DNA of 64,000 nucleotides from Clostridia bacterium (GTDB lineage Bacteria; Bacillota; Clostridia; TANB77; CAG-465): NCBI GenBank assembly GCA_028692955.1, contig JAQUWH010000001.1, positions 130,143 to 194,142 of the forward strand, read 5' to 3'. Shown piece by piece: positions 29,010 to 37,899 of this stretch (position 1 is its first letter; each line of letters starts with the position of its first letter). The notes under the pieces were generated by a model. It saw only the letters and a program-made list of their open reading frames with translations, ran no database searches and was not told where the DNA came from. The position numbers and the translations under genes were made by a program.

Positions 29010-29838
29010 AATAATATTTAAAAAAACTTACCCTAAATCAAGTTATATTAAATATCATGTAGAGCCAATACAAGAGGACTATTTTAGAATAGATAATAAT
29101 AAGTTTATTGTAGCGGATGGTGTTACAAAAGATTTGATAACTGGAGAAGCTGCAGGATATCCTACTACTAAAGAAGAAATAGAATTTGTGATGAAAAATT
29201 ATCCAAATCCAAGTGGTTCCTATGAAGCATCAAAAATTATTTGTGAAACATTTATTTCAGAACTTTTAAAATATGACGAGTCTAAAATAGATAAAAATTG
29301 TTTGAATGAAGTTATTAAACTAGCCAATAGAAAGGTTTGGGATATAAATAAAGGTAGAGATATCAATTATATAGAAAATGATTTACATGCAACGGTTTCG
29401 GCGGGTGGTGTTATCATCAATGATACACTATACTGCTTTTCTATATGTGACTGCCATATAACTTTACTTGATAAATATTTAAATATAGTGTTTACAACTA
29501 AAAATAATCATGTAAACTTTGAGGATTATATAGAAGATTTTAATTGGAGTAAGGCTAGTAGTAGAGTTTTAGCAAGGCGAGATTGTAGAAATAAAGAATA
29601 TATCATAAACGGTAAAGATATATCTTATGGTTCTTTAACAGGGGAAGTAGGGGCAGAAAAATATATAGATTTATATGAACAAAATCTTAATGAGGTAAAA
29701 TATATATGTGCTTATTCTGATGGCTGTGAGCCAAATTTTATAAATAAAGATGCTATCAAAAAATTAATAGATAATCCAGAAAGTATCAAAGAATCAGGCA
29801 ATGAAAAAACTTTAATATTATACGAAAAAATAGATTAA
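29002..29838 (+). CDS. hypothetical protein, possible PP2C_2/SpoIIE-like phosphatase fold
   Basis: about 278 aa; FIVADGVT, ATVSAGGVII ... CDCHITLL, AYSDGCEP spaced like PP2C metal-binding motifs; ATG overlaps the upstream stop. Confidence 0.4.
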   Translation: MFKIIFKKTYPKSSYIKYHVEPIQEDYFRIDNNKFIVADGVTKDLITGEAAGYPTTKEEIEFVMKNYPNPSGSYEASKIICETFISELLKYDESKIDKNCLNEVIKLANRKVWDINKGRDINYIENDLHATVSAGGVIINDTLYCFSICDCHITLLDKYLNIVFTTKNNHVNFEDYIEDFNWSKASSRVLARRDCRNKEYIINGKDISYGSLTGEVGAEKYIDLYEQNLNEVKYICAYSDGCEPNFINKDAIKKLIDNPESIKESGNEKTLILYEKID

Positions 29839-30186
29839 ATAGATAATAGTATCCTATATAAAATTATAAATACAATAATTTTACATAGGATAGTTATTTT
29901 CTCTTTGAATTTTGAAATAATTTAATAATATTAATATTATTACTATACTTTTAAAAAATAAATAGTATTACCAAAAAGTTTAATTTTGTTTACGAAAGTA
30001 TATTAGCAAAAAAATATAATATAAAAAATACATAGAATGCATAAATTAGGGTTATTATGAGTAACTCATTTTTCTCATATTTAACTATTAAAAGTATTAA
30101 TTATCAGCAAATAATTAATACTTTTTTTGATTATATGCTCATAAATACAAGTTATAGCTAATAACTTAAATTATGGGAGTGATTTG

Positions 30187-30339
30187 ATGAAGTGTAATTT
30201 TGAGGCTGAACATATTAATTTAGATAAATTATCTTTTGATGAAATGAAGCAAGTAATATGTAGAAAAATAGCAAAAATAATCATATACAATGAAGAAAAA
30301 ATTGATATAGTAGAAAATGAACATAAATTAAAAATATAA
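30187..30339 (+). CDS. small ORF (50 aa) upstream of the recombinase, candidate directionality factor or regulator
   Basis: not in the ORF track (below size cut-off); GGGAGTGA SD 5 nt before ATG 30187; ends 33 nt before the recombinase start. Confidence 0.35.
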   Translation: MKCNFEAEHINLDKLSFDEMKQVICRKIAKIIIYNEEKIDIVENEHKLKI

Positions 30340-30372
30340 TAGTGAAATATAGTTGCCAAAAGGAGTTTTTTT

Positions 30373-32337
30373 ATGATCATAGATAAAGAGAATCAAAAGA
30401 ATAATTCTTGTGATGTGATTTCAATGTTTGATAAAGATTCCATTGAAATACAAAAAATAAAAGAATATATAGATATTACAAATTTAAAATATGTTTCAAA
30501 TAATATTCAACGAGTATTAGGGATTAGTGTTAATACTGATGATAGTTGTTTTAAAAAAAACACAAACAACATACGAGTGATGCTAGATGGCAAACAATAT
30601 CGTACTATTTTATACATAAGGCTATCTGTGGAAGATGGTGATATTATTGATGGTGATGTTAGTAAAAGTATCAGAAATCAGCTATTATTTTTATTAGATG
30701 AATGCGAAAAAAGAAATTGGTGTGTTGTGGCAATATTTTGTGAGGAAGGCATATCGGGTGCAGATGATAATAGACCAGAGTGGAAGAAATCATTGGCTTT
30801 TTGCGAATATGGAAATACAGAAATTGTATTGTGCAAAAGTCAGTCAAGGTTTTCAAGAAGTATGGAAATGATAGAGAAATATCTCCATAAGGAATTTGTA
30901 TCTTGGAATGTTCGATTTGTCGGATTAGTGGATAGTACAGATACATCAGTGGTGGGAAATAAAAAATCAAGGCAAATTAATGGATTAGTAAATGAGTGGC
31001 AGGTTGAAGATCAATCTATCAATATTAGAGCCATACTAAAGAATAAGCAAGCAAATGGATTATTTACAGGTGCTTTTGCGCCTTATGGATATAAGAAAAA
31101 TCCAAATGATAAATATCAGCTTATTATAGACGAGGAAGCAGCAATGGTAGTAAAAAAAATATTTTCTTTGTATGTAGAAGGTAATGGAAGTAGTTTGATT
31201 TGTGAGTATTTGAATCAAAAAGGAGAGCTAATTCCCAGTATTTATAAATATAGTAAGGGTACCAAGTATAGAAATGCTAGAGTAGAGCCAAATAAAAGAA
31301 TAAAATATCAAGTTGAAAAGTATGATACGATTACAACAATAGCTACTAAGTTTCATTCAACAGTTGATGAAATAGTAAAGTACAATTCACTAAATAGTGA
31401 AAAATTGCATGTAGGTCAGGTCATTATTATACCAATAATCCAATTATGGAGACCATCTACAGTTTATGAAATCTTAAAAAATGAAGTTTATATAGGGACT
31501 TTGGTACAACATAAAAGAGAGCGATTAAGTTATAAAAATAAGACGATGCGAACGATAGATAAAAGCAAAAGGATAATAGTACCGCATTGTCATAGTGCAA
31601 TAATTGATAATCAAACATGGGATATTGTAAGATCAAGATTTGAAAAAAATAATAGAGTTAAACCTATAAATAGTGGTCAAATCGCGCTATTTTCTCGAAA
31701 AATAATATGTGATGTCTGTAAAAAGTTTTTTTATAGAATGAATAAAAAATCGAAAATAGGTTTTACGACTTACTGGAATTGTGCAACTGGTTATGGGGTT
31801 AATAAAAATTTATGTGATAATACAAAGGTAGTAAGAGAACCAGATGTTTATGAATTTGTATTACAAGAAATAAATAAGCAAATTGCAAAATATTATGATA
31901 AAAATTTAATAGAAAAAAATTATCATGAACAAAAGGTATTAAATTCTATTGATGAAAAAATTAAATCTCTAAAAAAAAGAAAATCAATTATAGAGAGTAA
32001 TATGCTTAAAAAAGAGGATACATTTGCTATTTTATATGATGATAGAGCCAATGGTATCATTACTTTAGATGAGTTTACGATGATGAAAAGTAAATATCTA
32101 AGAGAAGTATGTGATTTTAAGGAAAAATTAAAGCAATTAGACAATGAATTAATCAACTTAAATAATGAAAAATCAAAGGAAGCTGCCACAAAAAACGTAT
32201 TACAAAAATATAAAAAATTAGAAATACTAGATAGAGTAATATTAGATGAATTTATATCTAAAATATATATTGGTAATTATAATAAGGAAACTAAAATAAG
32301 AAATATGAAAATTGAATGGAATTTATTTACAGAATAA
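30373..32337 (+). CDS. large serine recombinase with embedded LysM-like module
   Basis: 654 aa. It has a resolvase domain (YIRLSVEDGD ... SKSIRNQ) and a recombinase domain (APYGYKK, EEAAMVVKKIF). It also has a Cys-rich zinc-ribbon (CDVCKK ... C ... C), a coiled coil and SD AAGGAG. Confidence 0.88.
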   Translation: MIIDKENQKNNSCDVISMFDKDSIEIQKIKEYIDITNLKYVSNNIQRVLGISVNTDDSCFKKNTNNIRVMLDGKQYRTILYIRLSVEDGDIIDGDVSKSIRNQLLFLLDECEKRNWCVVAIFCEEGISGADDNRPEWKKSLAFCEYGNTEIVLCKSQSRFSRSMEMIEKYLHKEFVSWNVRFVGLVDSTDTSVVGNKKSRQINGLVNEWQVEDQSINIRAILKNKQANGLFTGAFAPYGYKKNPNDKYQLIIDEEAAMVVKKIFSLYVEGNGSSLICEYLNQKGELIPSIYKYSKGTKYRNARVEPNKRIKYQVEKYDTITTIATKFHSTVDEIVKYNSLNSEKLHVGQVIIIPIIQLWRPSTVYEILKNEVYIGTLVQHKRERLSYKNKTMRTIDKSKRIIVPHCHSAIIDNQTWDIVRSRFEKNNRVKPINSGQIALFSRKIICDVCKKFFYRMNKKSKIGFTTYWNCATGYGVNKNLCDNTKVVREPDVYEFVLQEINKQIAKYYDKNLIEKNYHEQKVLNSIDEKIKSLKKRKSIIESNMLKKEDTFAILYDDRANGIITLDEFTMMKSKYLREVCDFKEKLKQLDNELINLNNEKSKEAATKNVLQKYKKLEILDRVILDEFISKIYIGNYNKETKIRNMKIEWNLFTE

Positions 32338-32378
32338 TTTTTTTTTGATAAGTATTTTCAAGATAACGTGTAACACCA

Positions 32379-32750
32379 CATGATGCATTTGTTAGAAAAA
32401 GAAATGATATCTATAATATAGATAATTACAAAAATTCAAAATATTATATACAGGGAGTTTTAGAAGCTAGAAGATATGAGCATAATTTAGATAACTTGGT
32501 CATATTTGCAGGAGCCTGCCAGAGTTATTACGAAGCAATAATTTCAGCAGGTGCTAATTTTGCAAGTGCACCAAAAAGGGTTTTAATTGATATGATGGAT
32601 CCGATTATCGTTGCGCAAACCATAGCTTATACACCAGTAGATGATTTTGTACCTATTGCTAATATTATTAGTAATACAAGAGAAGGAATCAGTGGAATCG
32701 GTGGAATACAAACAAGAGGTCAATATCGTACAGGAATGCCAGGACTATAA
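32379..32750 (+). CDS. yabG: sporulation peptidase YabG, 3-prime segment
   Basis: the frame is open from 32367. HDAFVRK ... LVIFAGACQSYYEAIISAGANFASAP ... GIGGIQTRGQYRTGMP matches the YabG C-half. There is no independent SD/ATG. Confidence 0.85.
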   Translation, partial: HDAFVRKRNDIYNIDNYKNSKYYIQGVLEARRYEHNLDNLVIFAGACQSYYEAIISAGANFASAPKRVLIDMMDPIIVAQTIAYTPVDDFVPIANIISNTREGISGIGGIQTRGQYRTGMPGL

Positions 32751-32840
32751 AAATAGTACTGGTTTTATTTTTTTCTTTGAATGGAAAAACTATGTATACA
32801 TCTATCTTTCCAATAATATATTATAGTGAGGTAGATTATT

Positions 32841-33914
32841 TTGAAGAAAAGAATAAAAATGCTGGGGAAAATTTTCATTATAGTAGTGGTATGTGTCTTC
32901 TTTTTTAATTTTAATTTTTTAGTAGAAGAACCATACCAATATATAGTACCGGAAAGTAAGGAAGAAAAGACTGAAGAAGAGCCAAAGGCACAAGAAGAAA
33001 AGAAATATATCAAATGGGTGGAGTTTAATGTTACTTATGAAGCACTAGTAAAAGCCTCAAAAGTTGATATAGATTCCCATCAAAATGATGAAGAGATAAA
33101 ATATGACTGGGTTGAGCTTCTTGCCTACATTGCTACTAAATATGGAGGAGATTTTAAAAAATATAGGGCCAAGGATATTGACAATCTAGTTATGAAATTA
33201 AAAGCTGGTGAGTCGATCGAAGATTTAACAAAAGATATGAAGAACTACTCTTATTTCTATGAGAGCATAGATGCTGTTCTTGGTGAATATATTGGTAATT
33301 ATTCAATAGAACAAGTAGGTGAAAACGGTGAAAAAGAATTTGTACAAAAATATGGGTTAAAAGTGTTTTCTCCAATTGCAAAAGGGTATAGTTATAATGA
33401 TTTTGATGATTTCGGAGCTTCCAGATCATATGGATACAAAAGAAAGCATTTAGGACATGATATGATGGGAAGCATAGGAACGCCTATTATTGCAGTAGAA
33501 TCTGGCATTATTGAAGTCGCCGCTTGGAATCAGTATGGCGGTTGGAGAATCGGTATTAGAAGCTTTGATAAAAAAAGATATTACTATTATGCACATTTAA
33601 GAAAGGATCATCCATTTGCTAAGGATATTTATGAAGGGCAAATTGTAAATGCGGGAGATGTGATTGGCTATCTTGGAATGACAGGATATAGCTCTAAAGA
33701 AAATGTCAATAATATTGATGTTCCTCATCTACATTTTGGAGTACAATTAATATTTGACGAATCGCAAAAAGAAGGAACGAATCAAATATGGATTAGTTTA
33801 TATGAGTTAACAAAATTTTTAAACAGAAATAGATCAGAAGTAGTCCTACAATATCCAGATACAAAAGACTATGCTAGAAAAGTTCATACGATAGATGGAA
33901 CAAATTGGGATTAA
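32841..33914 (+). CDS. M23 family metallopeptidase
   Basis: 357 aa; TM anchor; HLGHDM (HxxxD) and VPHLHFGVQ (HxH) LytM motifs; TTG start after GTGAGG (alternative ATG 32859). Confidence 0.85.
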   Translation: MKKRIKMLGKIFIIVVVCVFFFNFNFLVEEPYQYIVPESKEEKTEEEPKAQEEKKYIKWVEFNVTYEALVKASKVDIDSHQNDEEIKYDWVELLAYIATKYGGDFKKYRAKDIDNLVMKLKAGESIEDLTKDMKNYSYFYESIDAVLGEYIGNYSIEQVGENGEKEFVQKYGLKVFSPIAKGYSYNDFDDFGASRSYGYKRKHLGHDMMGSIGTPIIAVESGIIEVAAWNQYGGWRIGIRSFDKKRYYYYAHLRKDHPFAKDIYEGQIVNAGDVIGYLGMTGYSSKENVNNIDVPHLHFGVQLIFDESQKEGTNQIWISLYELTKFLNRNRSEVVLQYPDTKDYARKVHTIDGTNWD

Positions 33915-33994
33915 CATTATTTTCTTTTCATGGCATCTTTCAAAGAGTATTATATTGTGATATAATGATAGTACAATGATGGGAGAGCGATAAG

Positions 33995-35170
33995 ATGAAA
34001 GGAAATAACAAAGAATATGGATTAGTGCTAACCGGTGGAGGAACAAAAGGTTCCTATGAACTTGGAGCGTGGCGAGCAATCAAGGAAATAGGCTTAAATG
34101 TAACAGCAATAGCAGGTACTTCTATAGGAGCATTAAATGGTGCTTTAATTTTACAAGATGATATTGATAAGATAGAAGAATTATATTATAATATAGAACT
34201 TACAGATATATTATCGATTGATAGAAAAATCGATTCCCATAAGAATATATTTGATATTTCTAATATTGCAGCAATTGTAACCGAATATTTCGAGAAAAAA
34301 GGCATCTCAAACGAAGCTTTAAAAAACACATTAAACAAATATATCAATATCGATAAAGTCTATGATTCAAGCATTGACTTTGGTATGGTTACGTATTCCT
34401 TAAAGAAAAATTCAGCCGTAGAAATATTTAAAGAGAAAATACCGAAAGAAAAACTATATGATTATCTGCTAGCTTCTGCCTGTTTCCCTATCTTTAAACC
34501 ACAAGTAATTGATGATATTGAGTATTATGATGGCGGACTATATGATAATATGCCGATTAATATGCTAGCCAAAAAAGGGTATAAAAATATGATTGTCATT
34601 GATGTGAATGGAATTGGCTTAAAACGAAAAAATGTGCAAAAAGATTTATATATTAAACTGATTAAAACAAGTGATGATCTTGGTGGGACTTTTGAATTTA
34701 ATCATGAAAGAATGAGACAAAATGTGAAAGTTGGTTATCTTGATACATTAAAAGCATTTAACAAATTAGGTGGTTATGATTATTTCTTTAAAATGGAAGA
34801 ATTTAATAAATTACTAAAGAAATTCAATTTAAAAACAATCATAGCATTAGAAATAGCAGCAAGATTATATGGAATAGAGAGATATCACATCTATACATGT
34901 AAAGAATTTATTGATATATTAATACAAAAGAGTAAAGAAGAAAATCAAAACTATCAAACAATAACAAATAGCAAAAATATTCTTTCATTCATTAAAAACC
35001 CAAAAAAAATACATGAAATGATAAATAAAGGTTTTGGAATTAGCTTCTTTATGGAGTTAATAGCAGAGCAACCTACTTTAATTAATAATGTTATTTTGCA
35101 GAAAACATTTAAGGATTATCTAGAGGCTGCGGATGCACTCATTGAACTAATAAATAGTAAAAATAAATAA
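33995..35170 (+). CDS. patatin-like phospholipase
   Basis: 391 aa; GGGTKGSYELG, GTSIGA (GxSxG), YYDGGL Asp motif. Confidence 0.88.
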   Translation: MKGNNKEYGLVLTGGGTKGSYELGAWRAIKEIGLNVTAIAGTSIGALNGALILQDDIDKIEELYYNIELTDILSIDRKIDSHKNIFDISNIAAIVTEYFEKKGISNEALKNTLNKYINIDKVYDSSIDFGMVTYSLKKNSAVEIFKEKIPKEKLYDYLLASACFPIFKPQVIDDIEYYDGGLYDNMPINMLAKKGYKNMIVIDVNGIGLKRKNVQKDLYIKLIKTSDDLGGTFEFNHERMRQNVKVGYLDTLKAFNKLGGYDYFFKMEEFNKLLKKFNLKTIIALEIAARLYGIERYHIYTCKEFIDILIQKSKEENQNYQTITNSKNILSFIKNPKKIHEMINKGFGISFFMELIAEQPTLINNVILQKTFKDYLEAADALIELINSKNK

Positions 35171-35174
35171 AAAA

Positions 35175-35197
35175 ATGAGCCGGTGTTTCCGGTTCAT
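35175..35197. terminator. bidirectional terminator hairpin (patatin gene / rpsT)
   Basis: stem atgagccgg/ccggttcat (one G-U pair) flanked by an A-run and a T-run. Confidence 0.65.
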
Positions 35198-35200
35198 TTT

Positions 35201-35455
35201 TTACTTATTTAATAATTTAGCAAGACTTGCTTTTTTTCTACTAGCAGTGTTTTTTGCTAAAACACCTTTAGACCATGCTTTATCTACTAAGCTAACAGCT
35301 TTAGTATATAATTCATCTTTATCTTTGCTATTTTCTGCTACAGCAGCTTCAAATGCTTTTACCGCTTCTTTATATGCTTTTTTAGCAACTCTGTTTTGTG
35401 CAGTTTTTGTTTCTATAATTTTTACTCTCTTTTTAGCTGATTTTATATTTGGCAT
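35201..35455 (-). CDS. rpsT: 30S ribosomal protein S20
   Basis: 84 aa; MPNIKSAKKRVKI ... typical S20. Confidence 0.92.
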   Translation of the reverse strand: MPNIKSAKKRVKIIETKTAQNRVAKKAYKEAVKAFEAAVAENSKDKDELYTKAVSLVDKAWSKGVLAKNTASRKKASLAKLLNK

Positions 35456-35608
35456 TAGTGCACCTCCTTATGGTAAATTAATAGTATTACCTGTTCATTT
35501 TAACATAAGATTTCAAAAAATGCAAGTCTTAATATAAAAAAATGAAAAATATCATATAAAAATAGATAAAAAAGAAGGGAGCATTTGATAAAATGTTCCC
35601 TTAATACA

Positions 35609-36295
35609 CTATAAATATTTTTTTACAATTGACAATATTTCAGATGCTATATCATCAACCGTACGAAGTGTACCGTCTTTTACACACTCAATAATCTGCC
35701 AACCTTGTTTTTTAGCAAAATACAGGCCGGCTTCTGCAGCATGTTGTAAATGCGTTCTATCACTTTCGTGGATGTCTTTTTTTGCCTCGTTGGTTATTTT
35801 ATTTGCTCTGTTTTTTGTCATATTAATCGTAAAGTCAACTGGTGCATACAAATAGATAGTGGCTGTTGGTTTAGGCAATGACAGATCTTCATATTCGAGA
35901 TGATATAACCAATTAGAAAACTCATCTAACTTATCAAAATTCTTTTTTTCACCAATTAACTTACCACCTTGGTGGATGAGGTTTGATTGAGTATATCTAT
36001 CAAATACAATTACTGTACTATTATCATTATAATACGATTCAATATACTTTTTAAAAGTAATATAACGATCTACAGCGTAAAAGCTAGACGCAGCTTTTGC
36101 AGAAATATCATTAGGATTTTGAGAGATATTACCGCTCAAATATTCCCTTACCGGCCCGGAAGATAAATCATCATACTTTGGAAATGAAGTGGTATATGTT
36201 GATATATCAAGTTGATTTAACCTCTTAATAAGTTCATTTGTTTGAGTTTGTTTACCAACACCGTCTGTTCCTTCAATGACAAATATTTTATTCAT
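35609..36295 (-). CDS. thymidylate kinase-like protein
   Basis: about 228 aa; P-loop EGTDGVGKQTQ, FDRYTQSN (DRY motif); start ATG 36295 after AAAGGGG. Confidence 0.7.
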   Translation of the reverse strand: MNKIFVIEGTDGVGKQTQTNELIKRLNQLDISTYTTSFPKYDDLSSGPVREYLSGNISQNPNDISAKAASSFYAVDRYITFKKYIESYYNDNSTVIVFDRYTQSNLIHQGGKLIGEKKNFDKLDEFSNWLYHLEYEDLSLPKPTATIYLYAPVDFTINMTKNRANKITNEAKKDIHESDRTHLQHAAEAGLYFAKKQGWQIIECVKDGTLRTVDDIASEILSIVKKYL

Positions 36296-36429
36296 GCTCA
36301 AGACCCCTTTATTATAATTAAATTATATAACAATAGGCTAGTTAAGTCAATTCATCTTGATACATAAAAAGAATAAGGCTATGAAAAATATAGAATTAAC
36401 TAAAATATTCTTCCATAGCCTTGTAGCAA

Positions 36430-37704
36430 TTAGATCACTCTGTCGTACTGATTAGAGCCAAGCATGCATTTTCTGGCACAAAAACCATGTTCAAACTGGC
36501 ATTTTGCAGTATGACCGTGTGTCTCTTCGAGAATTTTGTACCCATAGGGACTTAGCTTTACAAATTTGTTTGCAATGTCTACTTCATTACGCATAGTCTC
36601 AAGTTGTGCAGACCCACAACAACGCTCACAATATTTCATTATAAATGTATCAATATTTCCGGTTTGTACGATTTTAATTAGCTTACCTTGGGGATACAGA
36701 TGCATAACTTTCTTTGCATCCTGTAGCCATTTTGCAGTAAGTTGTTCGTTTGATCTAATGATTTCAGGTACGTAAAACCCTACATCTTCAGTGTTGTAAA
36801 TAAAGCAACTTTCACTACGATGTCGCTGAACTTGTGCAAAACAAGCGTAACTTGCGTAAAAGCTTGTTTGATAAGAATAACTAAACATATCGGGCAAGTC
36901 AAAATATGCGGGATCCCCAATAAGAGAAAGGTTACGGTTTCTTCCAAGAGGAACAAGTCCTTTTATCTGAAACCGTTTTGCTAACTTTACAAATTCTTTC
37001 ATGTAGGGAACCGCTCTTATTGAAAAGCCGTCACGTGGATCGGAACATTCGATGAACTTTTCGCACATATAGATTAGGTAATTCCATTGCCGAAGAGAGG
37101 TGGTATATCCCATTGTTGTAATTGGCTCGAAAATGGATATAAAATACCTAGCGTTCTCTTGTGCAAGTTTTTTAATTTTAGCATTTGGCTTTTTTAGTGA
37201 TTCATCGTAGAGTGTGGGATACTTACTTCTTATAATTGGTATTAGTGTCTCAAACCACTCAAAGTAAATACGTTTTTGATCTCCGGTCAACTTTTCAGGT
37301 TTTGTATATCTGGCCGATTTTTCCGAAGTAGCATAGTCTTTTTCGTTGTTTAAAAACATAGCTAATACTTTCGGGATACCTGAAAGTTCAAAGGTTAACT
37401 TGACATGATCAAATACACTGTGGTGTCCGGAAGTTATGACCTGTCGTAAACGTCTAAAAGAAGTTTCGGCAGACTCATTTAAAATGTGTTCAAAGTCATC
37501 TTCCATATAGCAAATACCAGCCATTTTTGAACAAAAGAGCAATGCTTTGTAGTGGTCGTACCGCTCAGAATCCTTGCCTAAGCCTACTGATTTTTTTACA
37601 ATTCCAAGCTCATGTTTTGTTAATTTCCGAAATTCCTGCAAATCCTTTGAATCCTCATATCCTGGTTGTGTGGTGTACGCCAATAATTTTAATTTCATCT
37701 TCAT
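36430..37704 (-). CDS. ThyX-like (FAD-dependent thymidylate synthase family) protein, atypically long with Cys-rich C-terminus
   Basis: 424 aa; SGHHSVFDH, SEKSARY and QRHRSES resemble ThyX motifs but are spread over about twice the usual length; the C-terminus carries several Cys. Confidence 0.55.
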   Translation of the reverse strand: MKMKLKLLAYTTQPGYEDSKDLQEFRKLTKHELGIVKKSVGLGKDSERYDHYKALLFCSKMAGICYMEDDFEHILNESAETSFRRLRQVITSGHHSVFDHVKLTFELSGIPKVLAMFLNNEKDYATSEKSARYTKPEKLTGDQKRIYFEWFETLIPIIRSKYPTLYDESLKKPNAKIKKLAQENARYFISIFEPITTMGYTTSLRQWNYLIYMCEKFIECSDPRDGFSIRAVPYMKEFVKLAKRFQIKGLVPLGRNRNLSLIGDPAYFDLPDMFSYSYQTSFYASYACFAQVQRHRSESCFIYNTEDVGFYVPEIIRSNEQLTAKWLQDAKKVMHLYPQGKLIKIVQTGNIDTFIMKYCERCCGSAQLETMRNEVDIANKFVKLSPYGYKILEETHGHTAKCQFEHGFCARKCMLGSNQYDRVI

Positions 37705-37870
37705 AGACCTCCTTAAAAAATGTTTTTTGGATACTTTTGCGATTTGTTATATAATATCATTGCAAATATGTAAAGTCAATACAAATAAGTAGCAAAAACA
37801 ACAGAATATGACAAAAATATTACAAAGTATAAAAAAGTTGCTATTTTTTCCACTTTTTTTATAAAAAGAC

Positions 37871-37899
37871 TTGATTTTTACATAAAACTGTTTTATAAT
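37871..37899 (+). promoter_or_regulatory. sigma-A type promoter of the S10 operon
   Basis: TTGATT-N17-TATAAT followed by a hairpin-rich leader of about 215 nt before rpsJ. Confidence 0.55.

Larger units (their letters stand above)
26752..32380 (+). mobile_element. 5,629-bp intervening element in yabG carrying a large serine recombinase (skin-like)
   Basis: shared ACATG core at 26749-26753 and 32378-32382. Joining at CA restores an 879-nt in-frame yabG. The recombinase gene lies at the right end. Confidence 0.8.

Noticed and set aside
30171..30380. 69-aa minus-strand ORF upstream of the recombinase
   Set aside because: It has no SD, it would be transcribed towards the cargo operon terminator, and it overlaps the recombinase start. 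The plus-strand 50-codon ORF with a good SD is the better reading of this region.
26752..32380. Interpreting the yabG insert as a prophage or a conventional transposon/IS
   Set aside because: At 5.6 kb it has no capsid, terminase, replication or transposase (DDE) genes. It has no terminal inverted repeats or target duplication beyond the short crossover core. It fits a reduced serine-recombinase intervening element better.
26741..32395. Inverted repeat CTAACA ... TGTTAG in the reconstructed attB
   Set aside because: The two hexamers are not equidistant from the CA crossover (3 nt versus about 9 nt). At matched offsets only about 7 of 16 positions are symmetric. This may be coincidence in AT-rich DNA, so it is not used as evidence.
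32641..33013. ORFs 32641-32826 (+) and 32765-33013 (-) around the yabG 3-prime end
   Set aside because: They overlap the conserved YabG C-terminal frame or the M23 peptidase start region, and they have no SD or recognisable motif.
35175..35537. 120-aa plus-strand ORF overlapping rpsT
   Set aside because: It starts inside the terminator hairpin and runs antisense to a clearly conserved S20 gene. Its hydrophobic low-complexity product is typical of antisense frames.
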